Origin: a virus
Strand: one strand, 5' to 3'
Virus genome (UHGV): UHGV-0390448
Length of the DNA stretch: 64,000 nucleotides
Under the pieces are notes generated by a model that saw nothing but the letters and a program-made list of their open reading frames with translations, was not told where the DNA came from and did not search any database. Below are positions 8,650 to 18,575 of this stretch, piece after piece. Position 1 is the first letter of the stretch. Every line of letters begins with the position of its first letter. A program made the translations under genes and the position numbers.

Positions 8650-9576
8650 TTAACTAATAATCCAGTCGGTTGCTGCTACATCTTCTGGCTGCAAATCAAT
8701 CGCACAGATCTTACCGTCGCGAATGGTGCGCCAGTTTTTCCGTGAGCCTCTTTCGGGCCATACCCAGACACTTTCAGGCCAGGATGCTCGACGGCATACG
8801 GTTGCATACCCTGTTTTAATCTTCTCTCTGGCGGTATGCAACGACAGGTTTGCCTTTGGACTTTCAGGCACAGGATGGTGAATGGCCTGAAATAGCCCCA
8901 TCCTGGGATGATACCAGCGTTTGTTACGTGGTTCTGCCTCCGACATAACCTGCTTAAAGGCTTTCCGGAAGGGGGCCAGGGCCACAATGGAACGTCGCGC
9001 AAGCAAACCGTCGGGAGTTAAAAACTCATGCGTATCAGTGGGTATCCGGTAAGCGTTGACCAGGTTACGGCATTTGGCTTCAGTCAGGCCACATTTCGCC
9101 GCCAACTGGCGGTAGCCAATGTAGCCTTCCGGAATATTGCCTTTCTTGATCTGCTCGACGGTTTCAGCGACTTTGGACACTTGTGCCGATACTTCGGCTA
9201 CCTGGGCATTAACAGCGTTGATCCGGCGTTCATGCTCAAGATGCATTTGCGCCATTTCAGCCAGGATTTCGGCTTTTGATTTTAACGGTCCCCTGGCATT
9301 CTCCAGTTCGCGCCAGCGGTCCACCAGCCGGGCGGTGAATTCCGGAGAGAGCTGTGCGACGACAATGATACTATCGCGCTTGCCTTGCTCGCCTTCGAAG
9401 ACGTAATAGCTCGCCGGGCGGCCTGCGGTGGGCTTTTCCTCAATTTGAGGAAAAGATATTACGCCCCGTTCCGCCAGGTGTTCAATGGTGCGTTTAACGT
9501 TATCAGGGCGCTTACCTACCAGTTCCGCGATCTCAATGCTGGTCATTGTCGCTTTTTGAGAGATGGACAGATTCAT
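8650..9576 (-). CDS. Phage regulatory protein, Rha family (antirepressor-like), copy 1, intact
   Basis: N-terminal MTSIEIAELVGKRPDNVKRTIE matches the Rha/Bro-N pattern; paralog of 50112-51016. Confidence 0.7.
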   Translation of the reverse strand: MNLSISQKATMTSIEIAELVGKRPDNVKRTIEHLAERGVISFPQIEEKPTAGRPASYYVFEGEQGKRDSIIVVAQLSPEFTARLVDRWRELENARGPLKSKAEILAEMAQMHLEHERRINAVNAQVAEVSAQVSKVAETVEQIKKGNIPEGYIGYRQLAAKCGLTEAKCRNLVNAYRIPTDTHEFLTPDGLLARRSIVALAPFRKAFKQVMSEAEPRNKRWYHPRMGLFQAIHHPVPESPKANLSLHTAREKIKTGYATVCRRASWPESVWVWPERGSRKNWRTIRDGKICAIDLQPEDVAATDWIIS

Positions 9577-9791
9577 CAGTGCACCTCCACGCAGTTCATC
9601 GGCAGATTCCAGTAATTGAGGATCTCCATCGCATCAAGAGTGAAGCGAGCAGCAAAAATGCAGGGTTCTTCGGGAAGGTATGAGCGCGCTTCTGCTTCGG
9701 TAGCTGCCATGACGCAGATGTAGAGGTGTTTTTGGCAGGAATAGAAACGCCAGATAAATTCAGAATGAGTTGGGGTAGGGATAGTAGCCAT
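9576..9791 (-). CDS. Ash-like small protein, paralog of 51016-51240
   Basis: 71 aa; shares EFIWRF and AATE-EAR motifs with the second copy; start-stop overlap with the Rha gene. Confidence 0.45.
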   Translation of the reverse strand: MATIPTPTHSEFIWRFYSCQKHLYICVMAATEAEARSYLPEEPCIFAARFTLDAMEILNYWNLPMNCVEVH

Positions 9792-10594
9792 ATTGGCAGC
9801 CTCCTTTGACTAAGTTAAGGAGCTACCGCGTGAGGTTCCAATCTCAATGGCGGTAGCACTGACTGGGTTGGAACTACCGGCGTCAAAGGGAACCGGCCTG
9901 CCTTTCGGCAGCCCAGCCAGCACTACCATTGATCTCTGAGCTAAACGCTAAGTATGGCTGTGCGATGGCATGACACAAAAAAAGACGCTTTCGGCGTCTG
10001 TGTCGCCTTTGACATTATCCGGGGTTCCAATCCCGGCACCCGTTTTTCTAAGGTGCCGTAGAAATATACCCCACGATAATGCCTGGGCGCAACAGTCTGT
10101 ATTTTTATGCTTTGGAGGATTTCTTCCGGGCTTGTTTGCAAGCGTAGGCCATTGCTTTAGCTTTCACTTCATCCAGCTTTCCGGTGATCACTTCTTTTCC
10201 GAGAGTGACAAACCAGTCATAGCAACCGCCAGTGATGTTCTGGATTTGAAAGTTGAGGTAGCGAACGGTCATTTTGACACCCCCAGCGCGAGTAAAGAAT
10301 GCAGATTATCGCGTGAGTGGCGGACAATGAGTGATGGGGAAAGACAGTAGTTGTTCATAGTGTAGTGACTCCTTGCTTTCGGAGCCGCCATCGACTGTTC
10401 CACGGTCTGGTGGCGGCGCAATAAAGGCTGGAACACCGTGAGTCAACGGGGGCTTTTCAGCCACCTATATTGCACCGCCATTGGTATGGCGGCGGCAATC
10501 ATACGAAAAACCAAACGGTTTGTCTCAAAAAGTTGACCGGTGTACCAATCGGTTGTGAATGTACAACGGTGAATTTCACAATTCAACTTAAAAT

Positions 10595-10601
10595 GTTAGA
10601 A
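10595..10601. promoter_or_regulatory. gttagaa half-site of the recurrent operator motif
   Basis: atgttagaaaactaattt; at the 3' end of the ref-like gene. Confidence 0.35.
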
Positions 10602-10603
10602 AA

Positions 10604-11221
10604 CTAATTTATTAATTCAGTCACCATCTGATACAACGTCATTTCATCAGCATTGTGCCGCCTGAAATCTGCTTTGCCGCCTATTTTTCCATCAGCATGA
10701 ACAGGGACCAACCAGGGGTATTGCTCGCGTATCTCTGCTGGCGCTGCGTGTTGATGGTGCCATTTACACAAAGGGAGAACGTATTTATGCGCGTTCTCTG
10801 CCGTTCTCCCGAAGATGTGGTGCAGGGATACCACAGGGCTATGCTGTCCGTGCATATGGCAGGCAATGCAGGGGAGGGCACCGATGGCAGTTTGTATCCG
10901 GCGCTCATCTGCTGTGAGTGTTCTGCCTTTCAGGCCGCGTGACGCGCGAGTTTTTTTGACAGGAGCAGAAGCGGCCTTCTCTTTTCTTCGCTGTTCATAT
11001 TGCTTCGCTTTTTCAATTTTCTTTTGCCGATATTCAGGCGATGCGGCTTTTTCTCGCGCACGCTGCTGCTGGCGTTGAGCTTGCTGAAGACGTTTTGCCC
11101 TTTGTTCCTCCCGCCATTTCGGATCAGCCAGTTTTTGCAGGGCTTTTTGTGTCTGTTTCTCCCAATAGCTTTGCTTCATAGAAATACCCGGTTTGTCTAC
11201 ATCGCCGCTATGGTTGATCAA
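10604..11221 (-). CDS. ref: Ref-like HNH endonuclease (recombination enhancement function)
   Basis: Highly basic, low-complexity N-terminal half plus C-terminal CIACHMHGQH...CKWHHQH HNH-like motif, as in P1 Ref. Start may be the internal ATG at 11179 rather than the TTG at 11221. Confidence 0.6.
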   Translation of the reverse strand: MINHSGDVDKPGISMKQSYWEKQTQKALQKLADPKWREEQRAKRLQQAQRQQQRAREKAASPEYRQKKIEKAKQYEQRRKEKAASAPVKKTRASRGLKGRTLTADERRIQTAIGALPCIACHMHGQHSPVVSLHHIFGRTAENAHKYVLPLCKWHHQHAAPAEIREQYPWLVPVHADGKIGGKADFRRHNADEMTLYQMVTELIN

Positions 11222-11222
11222 A

Positions 11223-11256
11223 TGTGTTAGAAAATCAAAATTGATTTTCTAACACA
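11223..11256. promoter_or_regulatory. 34-bp palindromic operator (gttagaa-N14-ttctaac) upstream of ref
   Basis: tgtgttagaaaatcaaaattgattttctaacaca, 16-bp perfect arms. Confidence 0.6.
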
Positions 11257-11296
11257 AAATGAAGATACTTTTTTTCATACGCTATATCAGGAGGTC

Positions 11297-11452
11297 ATGA
11301 TGCTTGTCGCAATAAGTGCAATCCACCAGCAATCCGGTACAGAAATTGGGTTGCTATATGCCCTGTTTTTCACTGTCCTGGCGTTGTTTGAGCTGGGCAT
11401 TGAACTCTTTGCTCTCATCAACTTTTGCGTAACGTTCCTGGGGAAACTTTGA
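11297..11452 (+). CDS. Small hydrophobic protein (51 aa), translationally coupled to the next gene
   Basis: caggagg RBS; predicted MMLVAISAIHQQSGTEIGLLYALFFTVLALFELGIELFALINFCVTFLGKL; stop overlaps next ATG (tgATGg). Below the ORF-track size cutoff. Confidence 0.35.
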   Translation: MMLVAISAIHQQSGTEIGLLYALFFTVLALFELGIELFALINFCVTFLGKL

Positions 11453-12063
11453 TGGCTATACGCATTATGAAAATTTACATCGCGGGTCCGATGACTGGTT
11501 ATCCCGACTACAACCGCACAGCGTTTTTTTCGAAAGCAAAAGAGCTGATGGAGGCAGGGCATATTGTTCTGAATCCGGCGCTGTTACCTGCTGGCCTCTG
11601 CCAGAGCGAATATATGGATATTTGCCTTGCTATGGTGCGTTCGGCTAATGCGGTCTATTTGCTCAAGGGGTGGGAGGAATCAGTTGGCGCTCGTGCAGAG
11701 CACGAGCTGGCTCAAAAGCTGGGGCTGAATGTAATTTATGAGTCACCAACCAACATTGAATGCCAGGTTGCTCCGCATATTTACCGGGAACTGGTCAATG
11801 CACTGCGTGATATCGCTGCTGTATATCACGGCACAGAACAGCTTCGTGAGCGTTTAGCCCATACCATTTCCTATTACCTGTCTGCATCTCATGAGCACAA
11901 GCTCCGTCAGAAGGTAATGATCAAATTTATCATGAGGTTATCGAAATCCCTGGCAAACGCCGATCCAAAGAATCCATTACCGAAAGAGGCAATGAATTAC
12001 CTGAAGTCCTGCAACATTGTTTCTGAAGATGGCGTTCTTTTGGTTAGAAGGAGTTCTGCGTGA
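11452..12063 (+). CDS. DUF4406-like (nucleoside 2-deoxyribosyltransferase-like) protein
   Basis: MKIYIAGPMTGYPDYNRTAF N-terminal pattern; start chosen at the ATG coupled to the upstream small ORF (track ORF begins at 11425). Confidence 0.5.
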   Translation: MAIRIMKIYIAGPMTGYPDYNRTAFFSKAKELMEAGHIVLNPALLPAGLCQSEYMDICLAMVRSANAVYLLKGWEESVGARAEHELAQKLGLNVIYESPTNIECQVAPHIYRELVNALRDIAAVYHGTEQLRERLAHTISYYLSASHEHKLRQKVMIKFIMRLSKSLANADPKNPLPKEAMNYLKSCNIVSEDGVLLVRRSSA

Positions 12064-12377
12064 GCTGGCGGGGATGGGGAAGGGCAGAAATCATGATACT
12101 CCGCCAGTGCGCCGGGACTATGACAGTCGAGGGTATTGGGAGACTGATCGGGCGTACCGGTGGTGCTGTCAGGACTAAAGCGCGGCAATTGCGGATCAGC
12201 ATGATTCTGAAAGGTGACTTTCACCAGTCAGCCAAATACCGGCAGAGCGATATAGAGCTGGCGCGGCAGCTTCATCAGTGTGGCGTTCCCCGCCGTGAGA
12301 TCGCAGAAAAACTCGAAATGCCCCTGGGCATGATTAATCAGTACGTTTATTTCGAAAGGAGAGTGCATGAAGTCTGA
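12060..12377 (+). CDS. Hypothetical protein
   Basis: ORF in a plus-strand array with overlapping stop-start junctions. Confidence 0.45.
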   Translation: MSWRGWGRAEIMILRQCAGTMTVEGIGRLIGRTGGAVRTKARQLRISMILKGDFHQSAKYRQSDIELARQLHQCGVPRREIAEKLEMPLGMINQYVYFERRVHEV

Positions 12378-12870
12378 AGGTTTAACGCCCGCACAACTGG
12401 CAGAGCGTAACGCTGAGTATGTAACGGAAATTTCCCGACTTGAGAAAGAGCGCGCGGCGCTGGCGGCGGAGAATGCACTTGCTCGTAAAGCTGTTCAGGC
12501 ATTCTGTGATGTTGTTGGCGACAACACTGAGATTATCTCCGAGTTGGTTGGGCGAGATGGCGTTCTGGTTATTTTGGAGGCCATGAAAGTAACAGGAAAT
12601 ATGCCAGCCACCGACGCTTTCCTGGCTGAAATACGTGCGGAGGCACGCAACGAGGGGATTAACTACACCGCAAGCCGCCTTGCTGCCGCTTTCAACCACG
12701 GATTTATCAATAAGTCTTTACGTGAAGTTTTCGACGTTACACGCATGATTCTGTCAGCGAAAGAAGAGTTGGCTAATGAACTGCACCCAATTGATGGCCT
12801 GTCCGGTGAATATGCGGAGAAATCCCTTGAAGAATGGGCGGAACAGATTCGCAAAGGAGTTCAGTCATGA
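12367..12870 (+). CDS. Hypothetical protein with ERAALAAENA coiled-coil motif (Ea22/Ead-like)
   Basis: 167 aa; motif recurs in 13841-14548 and 18117-19251. Confidence 0.5.
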   Translation: MKSEGLTPAQLAERNAEYVTEISRLEKERAALAAENALARKAVQAFCDVVGDNTEIISELVGRDGVLVILEAMKVTGNMPATDAFLAEIRAEARNEGINYTASRLAAAFNHGFINKSLREVFDVTRMILSAKEELANELHPIDGLSGEYAEKSLEEWAEQIRKGVQS

Positions 12871-13100
12871 GCATCCGAACTGAACATGGATTTGGTCCGT
12901 CAACGGTCGAAGTCGAATGGCTTGATGATTGCCCTAAGTGCCAGCACGGCAAAGCCAAGGTAACAGGATGGTCGGTAACCAAAGATTCTTTGTGGGCGGG
13001 TGATGAGGCCGTCTGTTCCAAATGCGGTCACAAAGGTGAAATCGATGCTGATGGAGAGAATGCCTGGGTGGAATGGGACGAAATCGAGGAGGCACAATGA
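12867..13100 (+). CDS. Small zinc-ribbon protein
   Basis: Two Cys pairs (CPKC...CSKCGH); internal start MSIRTEH. Confidence 0.45.
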   Translation: MSIRTEHGFGPSTVEVEWLDDCPKCQHGKAKVTGWSVTKDSLWAGDEAVCSKCGHKGEIDADGENAWVEWDEIEEAQ

Positions 13101-13519
13101 GCAACATCGACATCGATACACTGGCGCTGCGTGAGGCGGCAGAAGCAATAAAAATAGCAGCCACACCACAAAAATTGCTGGCATTTCGTATGAAAGTCAC
13201 ACCTCAGGTTGTGCTGGCACTGCTGGATGAACGGGAAAGAAACCAGCAATACATCAAACGCCGTGACCAGGAGAACGAGGATATTGCGCTAACGGTAGGG
13301 AAGCTGCGCGTTGAGCTTGAAGCAGAAAAACAGCGGGCAAAGGTTCTATTTATGGAAAATGCTCGGCTTAAGTCAGGCATAGCCGGTCTGATACACCTCG
13401 GTATTCGATATGCAGATGTTGAGGTCATGAAAATTGCTGGAGATGCCCAGCTTTCTACCCCATGCACTGACAGCATCATAAACAGCATTGCAACAGGCAT
13501 TCGCATCAAAGGAGAGTGA
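13097..13519 (+). CDS. Hypothetical protein
   Basis: ORF; internal start MSNIDIDT. Confidence 0.45.
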   Translation: MSNIDIDTLALREAAEAIKIAATPQKLLAFRMKVTPQVVLALLDERERNQQYIKRRDQENEDIALTVGKLRVELEAEKQRAKVLFMENARLKSGIAGLIHLGIRYADVEVMKIAGDAQLSTPCTDSIINSIATGIRIKGE

Positions 13520-13520
13520 G

Positions 13521-13844
13521 ATGACCACATCGCATTCTGCAATCACCCAGGAAAAAGTATTTCGCTTGCTCGAACGTCTGGAGGCGCTCGCCACGGAGGA
13601 GGATATATCCCCGGAGATGCTGGTCGAGTGCAGCCGTGTGATATTGCGTCGCAAGAACGACATCGCGCGGCTGACATCTGGCGCACCATCCGTATCAGCC
13701 AGTCCAACGCTTTATTGCAGCTTCTGCAACAAATCCCAGCACACCGTTAAAAAGTTAATTGCCGGGGACAACGTTTTCATCTGCAACGAGTGCGTGAAAG
13801 ATTGCAACAACATTATCCAGGAAGAGCAAAGGGAATCAGCATGA
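13521..13844 (+). CDS. Small protein with ClpX-type C4 zinc-finger-like C-terminus
   Basis: C-terminal [39 protein letters not shown] closely resembles the ClpX N-terminal zinc-binding domain; aggagag RBS. Confidence 0.55.
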   Translation: MTTSHSAITQEKVFRLLERLEALATEEDISPEMLVECSRVILRRKNDIARLTSGAPSVSASPTLYCSFCNKSQHTVKKLIAGDNVFICNECVKDCNNIIQEEQRESA

Positions 13845-14548
13845 AATTTTCCAAATTTTCTGAGTTGGTGAATCGTATTTTGTCCAACAACCACAGCCAT
13901 CGTCGCGATATGGATGTAACGATCGTTGTTCATTCGCCTGGCAGCATTGGTTCAACACCTTCAGTTGAGGTTCAGTCAATTCACGCTGGTTTTGATTGGG
14001 ATTCCGGGAAAGTGCTGATTTTCCCAGCACAGCCACTGACCACGCTAACACCAGAACAGATTACTGATATCACGGATAGTGTGCGCAAAGGTCAGTCTTG
14101 GCACGCATACCAGGAATACAAGAAGCATAAAGAGCAGTTGGAAAAATTGTCGATTGAACTGGATGCTGCAAGACGGCGCATTACAGAACTGGAGAGCGAA
14201 CGCGCGGTGCTGGCGGCGGAGAATGCGGAGCTGAAGTCTGTGCACCCTCAACCATTCGGAGCTGAGATGATGAAGGCTCTTGATGCGTATGAGAAGCATC
14301 AGGATGAAGTGCCAGAGACTGGAATGCTCAATGCATTTTTCATCTTGCGCGACAGCATCCGTGTTGAAACCCCAGCCACCGACTCTTTCCTGTCTGAAGT
14401 GCGGGCGCAGGGGGTGGAAATGTTTGCACAGAAATGTAACTCAAAATCCGCACAGTCGCTTGCATCTGATATACGCGATAACTGGAAACTACTCGGTGAA
14501 CATGCAACTGACTTTGCCGATGAGCTTCGAAGAGGAAGCAGCAAGTGA
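13841..14548 (+). CDS. Hypothetical protein with Ea22-like coiled coil
   Basis: [16 protein letters not shown] motif. Confidence 0.5.
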   Translation: MKFSKFSELVNRILSNNHSHRRDMDVTIVVHSPGSIGSTPSVEVQSIHAGFDWDSGKVLIFPAQPLTTLTPEQITDITDSVRKGQSWHAYQEYKKHKEQLEKLSIELDAARRRITELESERAVLAAENAELKSVHPQPFGAEMMKALDAYEKHQDEVPETGMLNAFFILRDSIRVETPATDSFLSEVRAQGVEMFAQKCNSKSAQSLASDIRDNWKLLGEHATDFADELRRGSSK

Positions 14549-14820
14549 ATATCGACACGACAATAACGATCGATACGCTCCTAAATTCCGGTCTGGCACT
14601 TCTCGGTTGGCTTTACATCATGTCCCGTACATGGCGATGGCTGGGTTCCATTTTCCTGAAACAGTGGAAAAAACGGCGCAAACAGGAACTACGCCAGAAG
14701 GCATTAGAAGCGTTCTATGACGCATTTGAACTTGGCAGCATTGAACCAGGCACAACAGCGAGGATAGCGACAAAAGGCGACCTGATGATAGTGATGTTCA
14801 GACAGGAGAAAACAAAATGA
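14545..14820 (+). CDS. Hypothetical small protein, one TM segment
   Basis: ORF; hydrophobic stretch LALLGWLYIM. Confidence 0.4.
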   Translation: MNIDTTITIDTLLNSGLALLGWLYIMSRTWRWLGSIFLKQWKKRRKQELRQKALEAFYDAFELGSIEPGTTARIATKGDLMIVMFRQEKTK

Positions 14821-15041
14821 CAGAACAGACGATGACAAATCGCGAACTTGTTGATGCCGCGATTGAACTTGCTGGCGATTTTTATTCCATGATGGGTTAC
14901 GAGCATCGACCTGGTTTTAAGTATTGGGAGTCACCGCATCCCCAAGAACAACAGGTGTTTGAAATGGCCTGCCGTGCTTTTGAGGTTATTCGCGGTTCTG
15001 ATGTGATGGACGCCGTTGCCGACTTGGAGGATGAAGAGTGA
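14817..15041 (+). CDS. Hypothetical small protein
   Basis: ORF only. Confidence 0.4.
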   Translation: MTEQTMTNRELVDAAIELAGDFYSMMGYEHRPGFKYWESPHPQEQQVFEMACRAFEVIRGSDVMDAVADLEDEE

Positions 15042-15349
15042 GCATCATTGTAGAAATGCCGGTAGAACGTGATGAATATGGCTGCTGGACACATCCGGAG
15101 TATGAAAAGTTTTGTGCAGGGCGTGAATATATTTCAACGGAAGAATTTGACGCATGGTTGAAGGCAAATAATCTTCAGTGGACCATCCAAACTATGGATG
15201 AAGATGATTTTAATCTGGACGCAGATGGTCCCGATATTGCCGCCTGGGAACCGGAGCGACCAGAGGGCGAAGGCTGGTTTGTTGGCTCTATTCATGACAC
15301 TGAAGATGGTCCGGTTTGTGTCTGGCTGCGGGAGAAGGTTGCCGCATGA
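15038..15349 (+). CDS. Hypothetical small protein
   Basis: ORF only. Confidence 0.4.
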   Translation: MSIIVEMPVERDEYGCWTHPEYEKFCAGREYISTEEFDAWLKANNLQWTIQTMDEDDFNLDADGPDIAAWEPERPEGEGWFVGSIHDTEDGPVCVWLREKVAA

Positions 15350-16032
15350 CCCAGGTGCTGCATGAAGTGAATTTATATAGCCGTATTGATGGTTCAGGCT
15401 ACAGAAACATATGGGTTGTTGGTGATTTGCACGGTTGCTACACCCTACTTATGAATGAACTCCATCGTGTGGATTTTGACCCTACACAGGATTTACTGAT
15501 ATCGGTTGGCGACCTTATCGATCGCGGCACCGAAAATGTTGAATGCCTGGAGCTATTGCAGATGCCCTGGTTTCGGTCGGTTATGGGAAACCACGAGCGA
15601 TTAATGATCGATGCGTTAAGTCCCGCAGGCAACGTGAATAACTGGCTAATGAATGGTGGTCAATGGTTCTTCATGCTGGACGCTGATCGGGAAATATTAG
15701 CCAGGGCGCTGGTGGAGCTGGTAAGACGTTTGCCCTATATCATTGAGTTGAACACCGGGCATGAAACTATCGTTATAGCCCATGCCGACTATCCTGATAA
15801 CGAATACCAGTTTGGTAAACCTGTTAGCGATCTCAATGTTACCTGGCGGCGTGAGCGATTTTATGACGCGGTTGATGGTGTTGGTGGAATGATCACTGGC
15901 GCAGATAGCTTTATTTTCGGGCATACGCCAGTAAACAGCCCGAAATCTTTCTGGAACCAGCACTACATAGACACTGGCGCGGTTTTTTGCGGAAATCTGA
16001 CGCTAAAGCAGGTGAAGGGAGGGCAGTTGTAA
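15346..16032 (+). CDS. Serine/threonine protein phosphatase (lambda-phosphatase-like metallophosphoesterase)
   Basis: GDLHGC, GDLIDRG and GNHE motifs; internal ATG start with gagaagg RBS. Confidence 0.7.
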   Translation: MTQVLHEVNLYSRIDGSGYRNIWVVGDLHGCYTLLMNELHRVDFDPTQDLLISVGDLIDRGTENVECLELLQMPWFRSVMGNHERLMIDALSPAGNVNNWLMNGGQWFFMLDADREILARALVELVRRLPYIIELNTGHETIVIAHADYPDNEYQFGKPVSDLNVTWRRERFYDAVDGVGGMITGADSFIFGHTPVNSPKSFWNQHYIDTGAVFCGNLTLKQVKGGQL

Positions 16033-16064
16033 TCCTGAACACATCGTTTATGCACTCAAAATGA

Positions 16065-16094
16065 TGTTAGAATATTGATTTTAATTTTCTAACA
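16065..16094. promoter_or_regulatory. Operator site gttagaa-N14-ttctaac
   Basis: tgttagaatattgattttaattttctaaca; about 45 bp upstream of gene 16137-17132. Confidence 0.55.
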
Positions 16095-16136
16095 GATTAT
16101 TTTACCGCTCGGAACAAAACAGAGTCGGTATACATT

Positions 16137-17132
16137 ATGAGTGCAATAATCACACCTCATTTCGTAAACGGAGCTGGTGTGGCTGTCTTTCCGGTAGACA
16201 AGCCCACCAGTAACTACATTGGCGCAGGTCGCCGTTTCATTATCTCTCCACTTCCGCGTGAACAGGCTGAAAACACGCCAGATGGCGTAGTGGATCTGAA
16301 TTATTCGCTGGTTGCCAACCAGTCTCTGAAACCGTTTTTTCAAAGCGAGCGCGTATTTAACGCGTTGGGCGGTGAAGATTCGCTTGTTCATTGGGTAAGT
16401 TCCAATATCCACGATTGCCAGGCGCACGATAAGCGCGATTGCAGCCACCAGCTAACCACTCATTTCTATAACGGCTCTGCCGTTCGCCTGTGCTGGAAGC
16501 ATGATGCGGAATACATGATGAAGGGGTACGGCAAGCTGGACGACCAGTTATCCCTGAATCGTGCCAACTGGGTTATGAACTGGGCTGCGAGCGAGTTAAA
16601 ACTACCGCCAGAACGCGATCTGAGCATGGTTGAACTCACTTTTTGGGCCATTCGCCGGAATCTGAAAGACGAGCTGCCAGATGAAGCCGGTCGCATTGCA
16701 TTTTGTCAGCCAAAACAGGAAATCCCTACCGGCACACTGAAAGAATCGGATATCACCTGGGAGCACAGCACCCGTGAGCTGGTGGACATAACCGCAGAGC
16801 AGATCGTCAACCTGTCTGTAGATGAGGATTCCGGCCTGCTGTATATGCGCCGACCAAAAGCGGTTCTCGGTAAAAGCCCGGCTTATCTCCGGTTTGTGAT
16901 TTCTCGTCCGTGCATCGGATGCGGTGGCAAAGTTAATCACCCGTTCATGTACCGCGCCCGCTCGTTAAACGAACACGATCGCTGGGCCGTTCCTCTTTGC
17001 GATGAATGCGCCAGAAGCGCAGAAAACGATGTCCGGGCATGGGAAAAAACACATGGCATACGCCTTTACGTAGCCGCTAACCAGCTTTTCGACTTCGCCA
17101 TCGAGCGCGGAGTGATCACGTTCAATAACTGA
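16137..17132 (+). CDS. Hypothetical protein with C-terminal Cys cluster (CIGCGG...CDEC)
   Basis: 331 aa, preceded by an operator site. Confidence 0.5.
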   Translation: MSAIITPHFVNGAGVAVFPVDKPTSNYIGAGRRFIISPLPREQAENTPDGVVDLNYSLVANQSLKPFFQSERVFNALGGEDSLVHWVSSNIHDCQAHDKRDCSHQLTTHFYNGSAVRLCWKHDAEYMMKGYGKLDDQLSLNRANWVMNWAASELKLPPERDLSMVELTFWAIRRNLKDELPDEAGRIAFCQPKQEIPTGTLKESDITWEHSTRELVDITAEQIVNLSVDEDSGLLYMRRPKAVLGKSPAYLRFVISRPCIGCGGKVNHPFMYRARSLNEHDRWAVPLCDECARSAENDVRAWEKTHGIRLYVAANQLFDFAIERGVITFNN

Positions 17133-17136
17133 TGGA

Positions 17137-17871
17137 GTGGATCAAAAAATGAAAGAACGCGGGATGATTTTTAACGATGAAATGGTCCGGGCCATCCTCG
17201 AAGGAAGAAAAACGCAGACTCGCCGACCTGTAAAAAATGTCAGGGCCGATAACTGCCTAGTTATCCGTAAACCGACAAAGAAACGCAATGGTGTCTATAC
17301 CCACGTTATGGATGCACCTGAACATGGTTTATGCCCGTTCGGTAACGTTGGTGATCGCATATGGGTCCGTGAAGCGTGGGCGATATTAGGCAATGAGGAT
17401 GGTTGCAGTGTGGACTGGAACGACAACCTTTGTCGTGGCGATGAGAAGAACGCAGCAAGGATTTATCGGGCCAGTTGCGAGCAAAAGCCTGGTGATTACG
17501 GCTTATGGTCGATACCCGATGATGCCGACTGGAAACCTCACACTGTGAATGAAAAGTTTGATGGCGGGTGGTGTCCATCAATTCACATGCCGCGATGGGC
17601 ATCACGCATTCTGTTGGAGATTACCAACGTGCGCGTTGAGCGGTTGAACGATATCAGCGAATGCGATGCAGGGGCTGAGGGCGTTCCGCCTGCTGGAAGT
17701 TTGCTTCCTGATTACCCGGAAACATTCCTTACTCCCAAGGGGGATTTCGCAATGGCCAAGGTTGCGTTCCAGCGTCTGTGGGAATCCATCTATGGTGAAG
17801 AAAGCTGGAACACTAATCCCTGGGTATGGGTAATCGAGTTTAAGCGTATTCAGGGGGCAACCTGTGAGTGA
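17137..17871 (+). CDS. Hypothetical phage protein (possible ASCH/PUA-like fold; uncertain)
   Basis: N-terminal MVRAILEGRKTQTRR and GDRIWVREAW pattern. Confidence 0.45.
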   Translation: MDQKMKERGMIFNDEMVRAILEGRKTQTRRPVKNVRADNCLVIRKPTKKRNGVYTHVMDAPEHGLCPFGNVGDRIWVREAWAILGNEDGCSVDWNDNLCRGDEKNAARIYRASCEQKPGDYGLWSIPDDADWKPHTVNEKFDGGWCPSIHMPRWASRILLEITNVRVERLNDISECDAGAEGVPPAGSLLPDYPETFLTPKGDFAMAKVAFQRLWESIYGEESWNTNPWVWVIEFKRIQGATCE

Positions 17872-18130
17872 GTCAAAATGCCAAATTAATGGCAACAAGA
17901 TAGAACCGTGCGCGGCGTTGGCACAATCCCTGGAGCATGACGCTGAATACACGACGCGAAAAGGTCTGCTGAAATACAAAATCTATAACCATGCATTAAT
18001 TCATTCACAAGACCTGATCATGCTGCGGTCAGGCGAGTTTTCTAAATCGCCGATTCGAATTTCATTTTGCCCGTTCTGTGGTGAAAGTCTGAAAACGTGG
18101 GAAGCGGAGGCAACCAGTGAGCAAAATTAA
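17864..18130 (+). CDS. Hypothetical small protein
   Basis: ORF only. Confidence 0.4.
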   Translation: MSESKCQINGNKIEPCAALAQSLEHDAEYTTRKGLLKYKIYNHALIHSQDLIMLRSGEFSKSPIRISFCPFCGESLKTWEAEATSEQN

Positions 18131-18575
18131 CTATCAAGAACTGCGCGAGGCGGCGGAACAGGCAACGCAAGATGAATGGGTAGCATATATTTTGCCGGGT
18201 CATAACGGCATTTATCCTGCGCGCACGTCTGAGGGTAGGCATTGCGGATACTTTATTGACTGGCCTGGCATTGATGGACAAAGGAATGCTGGTGCTAATG
18301 CCCGTTATATCGCGGCTATCCCACCAAAAGTTGCGCTGGCACTCCTGGGCGAAATTAAGCGCCTGGAAGACACAAATATTGATGCCATGTGCCGAATTGC
18401 AGAACTGGAGAGCAATCGCGCGACGCTGGCGGCGGAGCAGCGTATTCAGATTGCAATAAATGAACTGGTTGCTCTGGCCCCGTGCCTGGATAAAAGAGCG
18501 ATGGATGCACTCTCTGTGACTGTGGTGCACCTGTATAAACTGATTAATAAGGAGGCAACCAGTGAGCGAAATTAA
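18117..18575 (+). CDS. Ead/Ea22-like protein, paralog A
   Basis: MSKINYQELREAAEQATQ N-terminus, paralogous to 18562-19251. Confidence 0.5.
   Translation: MSKINYQELREAAEQATQDEWVAYILPGHNGIYPARTSEGRHCGYFIDWPGIDGQRNAGANARYIAAIPPKVALALLGEIKRLEDTNIDAMCRIAELESNRATLAAEQRIQIAINELVALAPCLDKRAMDALSVTVVHLYKLINKEATSERN

Noticed and set aside
9792-10603. A c4-like antisense RNA and a 55-aa ORF (about 10097-10263, minus strand) in the leader of the first Ash-Rha module
   Set aside because: Local hairpins exist (gctaccgc/gcggtagc, ctgcc-tttc-ggcag) but I could not identify paired target repeats or a convincing promoter, and the small ORF has only a weak G-run RBS; too speculative to list as features.
11287-11562. 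91-aa minus-strand ORF across the small ORF and DUF4406 gene start
   Set aside because: Antisense to a plus-strand pair with RBS and translational coupling; no support of its own.
16602-16940. Minus-strand ORFs (16089-16448, 16466-16696, 16602-16940) opposite gene 16137-17132
   Set aside because: Overlap a longer plus-strand gene that sits in a co-oriented array with an operator site upstream.
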